Assembly: GCA_017436815.1 (NCBI GenBank)
Contig: JAFSCI010000038.1
Location: 2,655 to 66,654 of the forward strand
DNA: 64,000 nucleotides
Origin: Clostridia bacterium
GTDB taxonomy: Bacteria > Bacillota > Clostridia > Oscillospirales > Acutalibacteraceae
Direction of reading: 5' to 3'
The notes beneath the pieces were generated by a model. The model made no database searches. It was not told the DNA's origin and worked only from the letters and a program-made list of their open reading frames with translations. Each line of letters opens with the position of its first letter. The first letter of the stretch is position 1. This document shows positions 26,934-36,835 of this stretch, piece by piece. A program made the translations under genes and the position numbers.

Positions 26934-27323
26934 ATGATTAAAAACAAAAACCTAAAAGAATTTTTGCTGTATTTAGTTGTTGGCGGCGTTGCAACCGTAA
27001 CCGAGTGGCTGATGTTTTTCGTGCTCGAGAAAACAGCCCTTCATTATATGCTGGCCACCGTAATAGCCTACGTAATAGCTACCTTTGTAAACTGGCTTGC
27101 GGGCAGAGTGCTGGTGTTTAAAGAAAGCAAAAAAGCCGTAATCAAAGAGATACTTGAAATTTATCTGGCAAGCATAGTAGGTCTGCTGCTTAATCTTGGA
27201 CTTATGTGGCTTATGGTAGACGCTTTTGACTTTAATGAGATGTTATCTAAAATCATCGCAACAGGTTTAGTGTTCCTTTACAATTTCTTAATCAGAAAAC
27301 TGGTAATTTACAAGAAAAAATAA
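26934..27323 (+). CDS. GtrA-family membrane protein
   Basis: It is 129 aa with 4 TM helices and has an LVVGGVATVTEWLMFFVL-type N-terminus. Confidence 0.65.
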   Translation: MIKNKNLKEFLLYLVVGGVATVTEWLMFFVLEKTALHYMLATVIAYVIATFVNWLAGRVLVFKESKKAVIKEILEIYLASIVGLLLNLGLMWLMVDAFDFNEMLSKIIATGLVFLYNFLIRKLVIYKKK

Positions 27324-27338
27324 ATTGCAAATAAAAAA

Positions 27339-27374
27339 GAAGGTCGTACGGAGCGCTCCGTACGACCTTCTTTT
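27339..27374. terminator. Perfect 16-bp hairpin, bidirectional terminator
   Basis: GAAGGTCGTACGGAGC pairs with GCTCCGTACGACCTTC, flanked by A- and T-runs. Confidence 0.8.
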
Positions 27375-27419
27375 ATGTATCGTTCACAAAAGATGGGAAT
27401 TGTAAAAAAACACACGTAA

Positions 27420-27929
27420 TTAAAGATTAATTTCTTCGTCTATTGCCGCATGATTTGTGTTTATGTTGATTTTCTTAAACGCAATGCTCATACCACAAGT
27501 CACATAAGCAAGCGCCTGTCCCAAGTTGGAAGGGATTGCACAAAAATTGGCAATATTTGTGACCACAGAATTGGCGATGAGGTGTTGGCTACCCATGCGT
27601 CTCAGTAATTCAGTATATAACGGCAATACAATTTGGCTGATTGAAGGTAAAATAATTACCAAACAACCAAGAATAAGCAATTCCGGCCAAATGCCGCCCT
27701 TCTTATTCCCGCAGCAAAAAATTAACAGAGCTATACAAGCCGTACGCAAGAAGCAAATCAAAAAAGATAATAGAGGAAACTGAGGCAATGCCTCCACCAC
27801 ATCTTCGGGATATCCATAGACTTCGCGAGCAAGCATACTCTGAAACGGAATGGAAGTAAGAATAAGTATTAGAGAGAACCCCGCAAGCACAACGGCTATA
27901 ATAGTCATTATTCGAATTGTTTTTTTCAT
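27420..27929 (-). CDS. Hypothetical multi-pass membrane protein
   Basis: The 169-aa protein is hydrophobic throughout. I recognise no family. Confidence 0.5.
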   Translation of the reverse strand: MKKTIRIMTIIAVVLAGFSLILILTSIPFQSMLAREVYGYPEDVVEALPQFPLLSFLICFLRTACIALLIFCCGNKKGGIWPELLILGCLVIILPSISQIVLPLYTELLRRMGSQHLIANSVVTNIANFCAIPSNLGQALAYVTCGMSIAFKKININTNHAAIDEEINL

Positions 27930-28022
27930 AATAAAATTTCCTCTCGGTTTGTTATGCGAATATCTGCATATTATTTTTGGTTATTATATCATTTTTTGTG
28001 TTATATTGCAATAAATACAAAA

Positions 28023-28048
28023 ATCCCCACCGTTTGCTCGGTGGGGAT
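28023..28048 (-). terminator. Hairpin ATCCCCACCG-N6-CGGTGGGGAT plus U-run (terminator of GH paralog 1)
   Basis: Read directly from the sequence. The same arms recur at 49270-49295. Confidence 0.7.
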
Positions 28049-28115
28049 AAATTGTATATAACGGACAGTCGAGGACGCCTGTCCCTACAATATGAAATTG
28101 TTATTTCATACCCAT

Positions 28116-28196
28116 AATAGCAGCCTGTGGTGCGGCACATCGGGCGACGAGAACAATTTTAAAACTGTCTTGCGGTGCAGCCCGTGCTTTTTTATT
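28116..28196. repeat. Dispersed intergenic repeat, copy A
   Basis: TAATAGCAGCCTGTGGTGC...GACGAGAACAATTTTAAAACTGTC aligns, with indels, to 49332-49420 and partly to 48684-48728. Confidence 0.7.
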
Positions 28197-28202
28197 TTAC
28201 TT

Positions 28203-30914
28203 TTAGTCAAGCTTTGCGCCGATAATGAATATTGGGGCGCCGGTAAGCTCTACACGGGCGGTGCCACGGGTTGCCTTGTAGGTTTTCTTATGGCCCATAA
28301 GGTCAACTGCGGTTACATATTCTTGCTCGGTCTTTATGAATATCCACTCGCCACGCTTCCATTGGTTTTCCCAAGGCATAGTGGGGAAGCGCTCTTTGGG
28401 GTTATCGTAAGAATTTTCGCACTCGTACGTATCGTTAGGCAGGGGTGCGCAGTTGGTCCAGGCAACAAGCACGTCGCCGTATTCTTTGGTGTCGGCCGTA
28501 AATGCGCGCACCTTGCGTTTGGAGTAGCGCTCGTTCTCGGTGATTTTTTGCGAGCTTTCGAGTACTCTTGTCATATTAGCGTAGGCAATACCTGCGGGCT
28601 TTGGCAATACACGGCCAAAGTAGTCGGGCATATAAAAATGACCGAAGTGATGCTCCATATCGCCCATAAGTGTGCCGTAGCCAACGTTTGAGAAATCGTA
28701 GAAGCAGTATGCAGCGGCATGCTCTGCGCCGTAGGCAATACAAAGAATGTAGGAACGAATATTGTAGTCTGCCTGAGTTCTGAGGCAAACGTGCGCTTTG
28801 GGTCTTGCGGTGTGATATCCCATTTCGTTAACCTGGAAGGGCTTAGAACCGTATTTTTCTATAGCGTTCTTTGTTCTTATAAGTCCGCCCTCGGTGCTCC
28901 AGATGTTTGTCAGCATCTCGGGGCATTCGGGGGAGTAGGGTATACCGTAAACGTGCAGCGAGATTTTCGGAATTTTATCCCAGGCGCCCTTTTCATAAAG
29001 CATATCGTACCAAGCGGTCTGACCTGCCGATACACCGCAGGCAATAGGCGTTTTGCCGTGCTTTGCGCAGGCATCGGCGAGGGGTGCGTAGAATTTATCC
29101 CAGAATTCGTAAAAGCATTCTTCGACCGTCTTTATGCCGAAAATACTGGGTAGGTTAATTTCGTTACCACTCATACACTCGTCAAAATACTCGCCGAATT
29201 CCTCAATGCGCTTTTCGTTCATACCGTGAGCGACTATTCTTATGTCCTTTTCTCTTACCTTTTTACAGTACTCGTGGTTACCTATAAAGCCGCCGCGTGT
29301 TACCGCAACACCAACCTTGTTGCAAATACTCAAGCTGTCTGAGTAAGGAACCGAGCGGTTGTCTAAAATCTGGTTAATACCAAACGGAGAGGTAGCGTTG
29401 TATTTGTACTCGTAATGCTCAAGCATCGCTAACGGATAATACTCACGGTAGGTGTACTTGCCGCTTACTACCATTAAGTTTACAAAGAACATACCGTAGC
29501 CGTATTTCTTTGTGCTTATATTTATAATGCGGTTGACCGATGCGTTTATATCTATTACCTCATCGTTAAATTCGCCCGCATCTACAATAGAGCCGTAGTA
29601 ATCACGAACGTCGTACTTAATGCAAACCTTTGTATCACGATTTGCTAAGTTTGTAACGTTGATTTGTAAATCTAATTCATCACGCACAAAAATAGAGGTA
29701 TTGTCATCGTTATCAATAACAGGCGCAATACCTGCGGCAAAGTCGGAATTTTTACCCTCGAACATAGAAACGTAATCTATATTATCGGTCTTTCTGCGGT
29801 CGGCTAATACCAAATCGTAGGTTAAGGTATAGTCAACCTCGTTGCCCTCGGGGAAGAAGGTGCAAAGACTCTCTTTCGGGTATCTTACGTGGTAGTCCCA
29901 TATACGAGAAGGGATATCGCCACGGTTAAAGGTGTAAACTCTGTGGTTTTTATCAAGGGTGTTGGCAATGGTCCAGCACTCTGTATAGCGGTAGGGGTAG
30001 TCGTTATCGTACGGATATCTCCAGTCGAAATTGTAAGCGTTGTAGGAGTCGAGTGACTCGTTTAAAAACTCTCTCTTTAAAAGTGAGTGGTAGGTGCCGC
30101 TTACCAGTGTAACGTCACCGCTGTATTTAACCGATGCTGCAACCGAAACGGAGTTTTCATTAAATATATATTTTGTTTTCAAAACTGCGCCCGAGGCTGT
30201 ACCCGTGGCGGCATAGGTTACCTCAATGCCGTTATCACATTTTTGGTAGCTTAAAATTTCGCCGCCCTCAATACCAACGTTGTTTTCTTTATCGAAAATA
30301 TAAAACTTTCCGCCGCCTGCTAAAACGTCAATATAGCCGTTTGCTTCCTTATATGCAATAACCTCTTTTCCGTCTTTGGTAATTGCATAAGCGTAACGGT
30401 CGTTTTCATAGAAAAACTGAGCCGAGGCTTTGTCGATAGCAGATTTATCGGCGGGTAGCTCTAAATCGGTGTCTGCCTTGCCAAAATAATCGTTCTGGCG
30501 CTTGTAACCGGGGGTTGCGGTAGCGCAGTAGCCGGCGTTGGCAAACGCTTTGTTTTCTTCGTTGCCTAATGTCAGCTTCCAGTTGTAGTTGTTTGCAGGG
30601 TTAACCGACTTAAATGCAACAACTGCAAGCGGAACGCTTTTTGTAATGGAAGTTTCGCCCGACTCTAAGGTGGCCTCTACAATGTAGGTGCCAAGCTTTA
30701 AGTCATCGAAGAAAAACTCAAAATTATCTAACGATAAAGTTATTGTCTTTCTTACGGTGTAGATTTTCTCATAATCTTTTTTGTAGGACGTTACCTTAAC
30801 GGTTAGTGTAACGTTTGTCCAGGGTTTGTCTACAATAACGTCAATGTTTGCCATTGCGCGCTCATCTAGTGAAAATATGTAGCCGCCCTTAGGACTTAAA
30901 AAATTCAACTCCAT
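28203..30914 (-). CDS. Cytoplasmic clan GH-A-like glycoside hydrolase, about 900 aa (paralog 1 of 3)
   Basis: There is no signal peptide. The N-terminal domain is beta-rich. The TIM-barrel-type catalytic pair is GNEIN (acid/base) and VNEMGY (nucleophile). Confidence 0.65.
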   Translation of the reverse strand: MELNFLSPKGGYIFSLDERAMANIDVIVDKPWTNVTLTVKVTSYKKDYEKIYTVRKTITLSLDNFEFFFDDLKLGTYIVEATLESGETSITKSVPLAVVAFKSVNPANNYNWKLTLGNEENKAFANAGYCATATPGYKRQNDYFGKADTDLELPADKSAIDKASAQFFYENDRYAYAITKDGKEVIAYKEANGYIDVLAGGGKFYIFDKENNVGIEGGEILSYQKCDNGIEVTYAATGTASGAVLKTKYIFNENSVSVAASVKYSGDVTLVSGTYHSLLKREFLNESLDSYNAYNFDWRYPYDNDYPYRYTECWTIANTLDKNHRVYTFNRGDIPSRIWDYHVRYPKESLCTFFPEGNEVDYTLTYDLVLADRRKTDNIDYVSMFEGKNSDFAAGIAPVIDNDDNTSIFVRDELDLQINVTNLANRDTKVCIKYDVRDYYGSIVDAGEFNDEVIDINASVNRIINISTKKYGYGMFFVNLMVVSGKYTYREYYPLAMLEHYEYKYNATSPFGINQILDNRSVPYSDSLSICNKVGVAVTRGGFIGNHEYCKKVREKDIRIVAHGMNEKRIEEFGEYFDECMSGNEINLPSIFGIKTVEECFYEFWDKFYAPLADACAKHGKTPIACGVSAGQTAWYDMLYEKGAWDKIPKISLHVYGIPYSPECPEMLTNIWSTEGGLIRTKNAIEKYGSKPFQVNEMGYHTARPKAHVCLRTQADYNIRSYILCIAYGAEHAAAYCFYDFSNVGYGTLMGDMEHHFGHFYMPDYFGRVLPKPAGIAYANMTRVLESSQKITENERYSKRKVRAFTADTKEYGDVLVAWTNCAPLPNDTYECENSYDNPKERFPTMPWENQWKRGEWIFIKTEQEYVTAVDLMGHKKTYKATRGTARVELTGAPIFIIGAKLD

Positions 30915-31041
30915 AGCAATTCTCCTTTTGCTTTAAGTCAGCACGTTTTTAAGTGCCACTTGCATTATATAGTACAAAAAAAGATATGTAAATAGAATTA
31001 AGTATTTAATTTGTGTAATTTTTTAAAGTTTTTGATGAGCA

Positions 31042-31074
31042 CGAAAAAACTCCGCTAATTTACTTAGCGGAGTT
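31042..31074 (-). terminator. Terminator after GH paralog 2
   Basis: AACTCCGCTAA pairs with TTAGCGGAGTT, with a T-run on the minus strand. Confidence 0.7.
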
Positions 31075-31088
31075 TTAAAATTACTTGA

Positions 31089-33887
31089 TTATATGTAAGT
31101 CAAAGGCTCGCTGTTGGCATCGTTTTCATCAAGCGTTGCGCCTAATACGTAGATTGGCGCGCCGGTAAGCGGAACACGGGCAACACCGTGACGCGCGGGC
31201 GAAATTGTCTTTTTGCCCATTTCGTCAACCAGTGTGACGTGGTCGTTTTCGGTTTTAACGAGAATCCACTGAGTATCCTTCCACTGATTCTGCCACGGCA
31301 TAGTAGGCTCACGCTTGGCGGTGTTAATATGTGTGTCGTTTTCAACCTCGCCCATATCGTTTGGCAGCCTTGTGCGCATAGACCAGGCAACTAAAACGTC
31401 GCCGTGCTCTTTGGTTGTAGCGGTAAATGCGCGAACGTGGTTCTTTCGAGAATATGTAAAGTTCTCATAAATTCTGTCGGCGCTCTCTAATACCCTTGTC
31501 ATAGTAGCATAGGTCAGCGCCGCAGGCTTGGGTAAAATTCTGCCGTAGTAGTCGGGCATATAGAAGTAACCAAAGTGATATTCCTGATCACCGGGGAGTA
31601 TACCAAGACCCGAACCCGAAATATCGTAAAAACAGTATGCTGCGGCGTGTTCTGCGCCGTATGCAAGGCAGAGAATATAGGTGCGGTCGTTGTAGTTGGC
31701 CTGAGTTCTTAAATCTACACAGGTATCATATTTTGGAGTCGAGTAACCCATCTCATTAACCTGCCAGGGCTTTGGACCGTATTTTCTTATAGCCTCAACC
31801 GTTCTTATTAAGCCGCCCTCGGTGCTCCATACGTGGTCAAGTCTTTCGGGACATTCGGGAGAGTAGGGGATTCCGTAAACGTGAACGCTCATTTTGTCCA
31901 TTCTGTCCCAAAGGCCTTTTTTGTAAATGTAGTCATACCACTCGGTCTGACCGGCAGAGATACCGCTGTGCATAAGTGTTTTGTCGTGCTTTCTGCAGGC
32001 GGCCTCTAGCGGCTCGAAGAACTTCATAAATTCCTCATAGCATTCTTCCATAGGCTTTTTGGCCATAAAGGAGCCGCCGTTAATTTCGTTGCCTGCCATA
32101 CACTCGTCAAAGTACTCGCCAAAGTTTATAATCTGGTCTTCATTAGAGCCGTGAGCTACAACTCTTATACCTTTTTCCTTTGCAAGCTTGCAGTATTTAA
32201 GGCTAACGTCGTACTTGCTGCACTCGTGAGCAAGATTCGGGTTGCCCGCAATAAAGCCGCCACGTGTAACCGCAACGCCTATTTTATTGCATAATGAAAA
32301 GCTGTCGGCAAACGGAATAGAGCGGTCGGGGTGAATCTGTACGATACCGAACTTGCTGGTAGCGTTGTATTTGTACTCGTAATTATCGAGCAGAGCAAAC
32401 GAATAATAATCGCGGAAGGTTTGCTTGCCGCTTACCACCATAAGGTTAATAAAGAACATTCCGTAGCCGTGCTTTGTGGTGTTAACGTTTATAACACGGT
32501 TGATTTGGCTCTTTGCAGGGAGTTTTTCATCATAAAACTCGCCAACCTCTAAAACCCTGCCGTAGTAATCACGAATATCGTACTTAATGCTTACTGCGGT
32601 GTCCTCTTTTACAAGATTTGTAACGTTAAGGTTTAAATCTACGGAATCACGTACAAAAAGGGTGGAATTATCATCGTTTTCTGTTACAGGAGCAATACCT
32701 GCGGCAAAGTCGGAATTCTTACCCTCAAACAGAGAAATATAATCTACGTTTTCGGTTCTTCTGCGGTCGGCTAAAACTAAATCGTAGGTAAGGGTGTAGT
32801 CCAGATTATTAGTATCGACAAAGTGGGTGCAAACGTTCTCTTTGGGGTAGCGCATATGGTAATCCCAAAGATTCAGCGGAATATCGCCACGGTTAAAGGT
32901 GTAAACCCTGTGGTTTTTATCGAGCGCGTTGGCAATGGACCAGCACTCTGTGTAGCGGTAGGGGAAGTCATTATTAACCGGATAACGCCATTCGAAGTTT
33001 AGCGCATTGTAAGAGTCGGTATACTCGGTTAAAAACTCACGCTTTAAGTGCGAGTGGTAAAGACCCGAAACCAAGGTGACCTCACCGCTGTATTTAGCGG
33101 TTGCGGCAACCGAAACAGCGTTCTCGTTAAAGGTGTATTTATTGGTTACAACGGCGCCCTCAGCAGTACCGCCTGCCTTGTAGGTTACTTCAATGCCGTC
33201 ATCACATTTTTTAAAGTCTAAAATTTCGCCGCCCTCAATACCAACCTTGCCGTCTTTATCGAAGATATTGAACTTACCGCCGCCTGCTAAAACGTCAATA
33301 TAGCCGCCGTCTTCCTTGTATGCAATAATCTCTTTGTTGTCTTTTGTTATTGCGTAAGCATAACGGTCATTTTCATAGAAAAACTGCGCCGAGGCTTTGT
33401 CGATGGCAGATTTGTTGACAGGCAACTCTAAATCGGTTTCTACCTTGCCGTAGTAATCGTTTGAACGTGTCTTTGCAGGTGTGGGAGCGGTGCCTTCAAA
33501 CTCAAAATTGGCAAAGTTTTGGTTTTTGCCCTCGCCTAAAGGTAACTTCCAGTTGTAGTTATCGGAAGGGGATCCCGTTTTGTATGCAACAACCGATAAA
33601 GGTGCAGTTTCGTATAAAAACTCATCACCGCATTTAACTGTGGCTTCTACTAGATAGTTGCCAAGTGTTAAATCGTTAAAATAAAACTCTAAATTATCAA
33701 GCCTTATTGCAAGAGTTTTTCTGCGACTATACTCTTTTTTATAGGTGTGGTCGGCAGAGGTAACGGAAACGGAAATATCGGCAGTATGTTTTTGGTAACC
33801 TGTGTAAAGATCAAGGTTAACCATAATTCTTTCATCAATGCCATAAACGTAGCCGCCGTCTTTATTGGTTAGAATTTTCAGCTCCAT
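31089..33887 (-). CDS. Cytoplasmic clan GH-A-like glycoside hydrolase (paralog 2 of 3)
   Basis: It shares long identical peptide runs with paralog 1 (SAIDKASAQFFYENDRYAYAITKD, GYIDVLAGGGKF). The catalytic motifs are GNEIN and VNEMGY. Confidence 0.65.
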   Translation of the reverse strand: MELKILTNKDGGYVYGIDERIMVNLDLYTGYQKHTADISVSVTSADHTYKKEYSRRKTLAIRLDNLEFYFNDLTLGNYLVEATVKCGDEFLYETAPLSVVAYKTGSPSDNYNWKLPLGEGKNQNFANFEFEGTAPTPAKTRSNDYYGKVETDLELPVNKSAIDKASAQFFYENDRYAYAITKDNKEIIAYKEDGGYIDVLAGGGKFNIFDKDGKVGIEGGEILDFKKCDDGIEVTYKAGGTAEGAVVTNKYTFNENAVSVAATAKYSGEVTLVSGLYHSHLKREFLTEYTDSYNALNFEWRYPVNNDFPYRYTECWSIANALDKNHRVYTFNRGDIPLNLWDYHMRYPKENVCTHFVDTNNLDYTLTYDLVLADRRRTENVDYISLFEGKNSDFAAGIAPVTENDDNSTLFVRDSVDLNLNVTNLVKEDTAVSIKYDIRDYYGRVLEVGEFYDEKLPAKSQINRVINVNTTKHGYGMFFINLMVVSGKQTFRDYYSFALLDNYEYKYNATSKFGIVQIHPDRSIPFADSFSLCNKIGVAVTRGGFIAGNPNLAHECSKYDVSLKYCKLAKEKGIRVVAHGSNEDQIINFGEYFDECMAGNEINGGSFMAKKPMEECYEEFMKFFEPLEAACRKHDKTLMHSGISAGQTEWYDYIYKKGLWDRMDKMSVHVYGIPYSPECPERLDHVWSTEGGLIRTVEAIRKYGPKPWQVNEMGYSTPKYDTCVDLRTQANYNDRTYILCLAYGAEHAAAYCFYDISGSGLGILPGDQEYHFGYFYMPDYYGRILPKPAALTYATMTRVLESADRIYENFTYSRKNHVRAFTATTKEHGDVLVAWSMRTRLPNDMGEVENDTHINTAKREPTMPWQNQWKDTQWILVKTENDHVTLVDEMGKKTISPARHGVARVPLTGAPIYVLGATLDENDANSEPLTYI

Positions 33888-33904
33888 AATTTTGCTCCTT
33901 TAAT

Positions 33905-36637
33905 TTAAAGTTTAGCGCCCAGAACACAAACAGGTGCGCCTGTTAAAGGTATTCTCACTTTTCCGAGATGAGCCGGGTAAACGGTTTTGTGACCCATAAG
34001 GTCTACAACGGTAACCGAGTCGTTTTCGGTGCTTATCCATACCCATTCGGTGCCGTGCCACTGATTTTGCCAGGGCATAGTGGGCTCTCTTAAAACGGTG
34101 TTGTAATACGAGCAGTTTTCTACGTCGCCAACGTCGTTAGGAAGCCTGGAGCAGTTAGACCAGGCAATTAAAACGTTGCCGTGCTCGGTGGTGTCGGCTG
34201 TATAAGCCTTAACTGTGCCGCGTGAGAGCTCATTGTTTTCGGTTATGCTTTGTGTACTTTCCATAAGTCTGGTAAAGAACGCAAAGGTAACACCCGAAGG
34301 CTTGGGTAAAACTCTGCCGAAGCAGTCGGGCATATAAAAATGACCAAAGTGATGCTCGTTATCGCTTATACTTGTACCAAAGCCCGAGCCCGAGAAATCG
34401 TACAGACCGTAAGCGGCAGAAAATTCTGCGCCGTAGGCCACGCAAAGCACGTGGGAGCGAATGTTATAGTCGGCCTGGGTTCTTAAATCTACACAAGCGT
34501 CTTGTCTGCCTGTGTGATAGCCCATTTCGTTAATCTGGAACGGCTTTTTGCCGTATTTCTCCAGTGCGGCTACCGTTCTTTTAAGACCGCCCTCGGTGCT
34601 CCACATATCGTCCATACGCTCGGGGCATTCGGGGGAGTAGGGTATGCCGTAAACGTGAACCGAGAATTTGTCTATCTGATCCCAAATTCCCTTTTCATAA
34701 ATGGCATCGAACCATTCGGTCTGCGCTGCCGATATACCTGCGCTAACCAGTTTTTTGCCGTACTTGTCACAGTTGGCGCGAAGGGGCAGGAAATAATCGT
34801 TGTAGTAAAGGTTAAAGCGTTCTTCTAGTGGGACTCCACCCCAGAAGCTTGCAAGGTTTATTTCGTTTCCGTATAGGCATTCGTCGAAATACTTACCGAA
34901 TTCGATCATTCTTTGCTCGGTTGTGCCGCTGCCTAAAATTTTAACGCCGTCATCCTTGTACTTTTGTAAATATTCATCGTACGGGCCGCCGTCGTTGGAG
35001 AAAAATGCGCATCTCAGCGCCGCATTACCAACCTTTGTGCTGATGGAATAGCTATCGGCAAAGGGTACCCAGCTATCAGGCAGAACCTGACATATACTGT
35101 ACGGACTGGTCTTGGTGTGTTTATATTTGTAATCATCTAAAAGAGCGAAGGGATAATACTCTTTGTAGGTGTACTTCTTGCTCTTTACGGTAAGGTTTAC
35201 AAAGAACATACCGTAGCCGTGAGTTTTGGCATCTATGTGAAGCTCGCGGTTAATGTTTTTAAGAGCCGATATTTTTTCACAGTTAAATTCGCCGATATCG
35301 AGTATATTGCCGTAGTAATCGCGCAGGTCGTATCTTATGGCAACCAAAATATCTTCCTTTACAATGTTGGTTACGTTAATGTTCAAATCAAGCGAGTCAC
35401 GTACAAACATTGTGGAAATATCGTCGTTTTCTATTGTGGGAGCAATACCTGCCGCAAAGTCTGACTGCTTACCTTCAAAAAGAGATATATAGTCGGTATC
35501 TATGTTGCGGCGCTTATCGGCCAAAACTAAATCGTAATGAAGTGTGTAATCGAGCGAGGTTGTAGGCTCGAAATATGTGTATAAATTTTTGGTTTTACCG
35601 CTTACTGCGTAGTTCCATATTCTTAGCGGAATATCACCGCGGGTGTATGAGTAAACACGGTGATTTTTATCAAGAGCGTGAGCCACTACCCAGCTTTCTG
35701 TGTAGCGGTAGGGGTAGTCGTTACCTGCGGGATATCTCCAGTCAAAATTAACGGGAGCGGTGGTGTCTAACGGCTCGTTTAAAAATACGCGCTCGAGTCT
35801 TGAGTTATCGTGCTTAACGGCCTTTTTGCCCGAGTATTTAACACTTGCAAAAATGCTTATGGAGTTTTCGCCAAAAATATACTCACTTTTGCAAACTGCG
35901 CCCTTATCGTCAGAATCAACGTTGTAGGTTACCTTAACAGAGTCCTTGGCCGCTTCAAAAGACTTAACCTCTTTGGTAAGTAAAGCGGTTTCGTTGTCTA
36001 TGTTTTTAATATTAAAGTTACCGCCGCCGGCTAAAACGTCTATATAGCCGCCGTTTTCTTTGTAGGCAATAACTTCCTCATTGTCGGCAGTTATTGCGTA
36101 AACGTAGCGGTCGTTTTCAAAAATATATTTTGCGTTTTTGTTTATTTTAGAGTTTTTAGTACTTAGCTCTAAATCGGTATCAACCTTACGGGGATACTCC
36201 GAAGAATTCTTAATCGCCGGAGTAGGAACGTCTTCGCCGTAGACAGAATTTGCAAATTCTGAATGAGCGGTCGTGCCAAGCTCTAAGCGGCGGTTATAAC
36301 ACTCGGTCGGGTTGGGCAGGAATGAATCAAGAACCGTTAGCGGAGCAGTTCTCGTTATATTAACATCATCAGCTATAAGAGTGGCTGTAACCAGGTAGTT
36401 GCCCTGTGTTAATTCATCAAAATAAAAATCAAGCGTGTCGCAGTTTCCAAAAACCGTTCTGACAAGCGACTGAGTAAGACTTACCTTTTTATCAAACGAG
36501 CAAACGTTTACGGTTATGTTGGTCTTTTTAAATAACCGTACAGCCGGGTCAACTACGTCTATGCTTACAATAGGTGTCTGGTCGGCGCAGTAAGAATAGC
36601 TTCCGTTTTTTGTTCCTTTGAAAACAATGTCTAACAT
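33905..36637 (-). CDS. Cytoplasmic clan GH-A-like glycoside hydrolase (paralog 3 of 3, the most divergent)
   Basis: The catalytic motifs are GNEIN and INEMGY. The start at 36637 (MLDIVFKG) follows AAGAGGT. It lies 17 nt upstream of paralog 2. Confidence 0.65.
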   Translation of the reverse strand: MLDIVFKGTKNGSYSYCADQTPIVSIDVVDPAVRLFKKTNITVNVCSFDKKVSLTQSLVRTVFGNCDTLDFYFDELTQGNYLVTATLIADDVNITRTAPLTVLDSFLPNPTECYNRRLELGTTAHSEFANSVYGEDVPTPAIKNSSEYPRKVDTDLELSTKNSKINKNAKYIFENDRYVYAITADNEEVIAYKENGGYIDVLAGGGNFNIKNIDNETALLTKEVKSFEAAKDSVKVTYNVDSDDKGAVCKSEYIFGENSISIFASVKYSGKKAVKHDNSRLERVFLNEPLDTTAPVNFDWRYPAGNDYPYRYTESWVVAHALDKNHRVYSYTRGDIPLRIWNYAVSGKTKNLYTYFEPTTSLDYTLHYDLVLADKRRNIDTDYISLFEGKQSDFAAGIAPTIENDDISTMFVRDSLDLNINVTNIVKEDILVAIRYDLRDYYGNILDIGEFNCEKISALKNINRELHIDAKTHGYGMFFVNLTVKSKKYTYKEYYPFALLDDYKYKHTKTSPYSICQVLPDSWVPFADSYSISTKVGNAALRCAFFSNDGGPYDEYLQKYKDDGVKILGSGTTEQRMIEFGKYFDECLYGNEINLASFWGGVPLEERFNLYYNDYFLPLRANCDKYGKKLVSAGISAAQTEWFDAIYEKGIWDQIDKFSVHVYGIPYSPECPERMDDMWSTEGGLKRTVAALEKYGKKPFQINEMGYHTGRQDACVDLRTQADYNIRSHVLCVAYGAEFSAAYGLYDFSGSGFGTSISDNEHHFGHFYMPDCFGRVLPKPSGVTFAFFTRLMESTQSITENNELSRGTVKAYTADTTEHGNVLIAWSNCSRLPNDVGDVENCSYYNTVLREPTMPWQNQWHGTEWVWISTENDSVTVVDLMGHKTVYPAHLGKVRIPLTGAPVCVLGAKL

Positions 36638-36800
36638 AAAAATTACCTCTTTTGGAAAAATTCCCTCTCGAAAAGATTTTACAAGATATATGTACAAAAA
36701 GCAATACCCTATATTGATAAAAATTTGTACATTACTAACATTTTAAAAGATGTAAACTTAAATGTAAATAGAAAATAAGACAATTATCTTTGAATTTGGG

Positions 36801-36830
36801 CAAAAATTAAGGCTCTGCGTTAGCAGAGCC
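36801..36830 (-). terminator. Terminator after queT
   Basis: GGCTCTGC-GTTA-GCAGAGCC is followed on the minus strand by TTAATTTTTG. Confidence 0.65.
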
Positions 36831-36835
36831 CTAAA

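Noticed and set aside
28098-28200. Possible small peptide genes inside the dispersed repeats (NSSLWCGTSGDENNFK... in copy A and NSSLCCNMTSDENKF... in copy B).
   Set aside because: The similarity holds over only 15 codons. The nucleotide alignment then needs an indel that shifts the frame. Copy B has a stop just upstream and no RBS, and copy C does not keep the frame.
28092-29153. Long plus-strand ORFs (28092-28691, 28719-29153, and likewise 34502-34828, 35219-35464 and 32331-32552) antisense to the GH paralogues.
   Set aside because: They are shadow ORFs inside well-supported minus-strand genes. They have no RBS, their composition is Cys/Arg/Gly-rich and low in complexity, and they are not conserved in frame between the paralogues.
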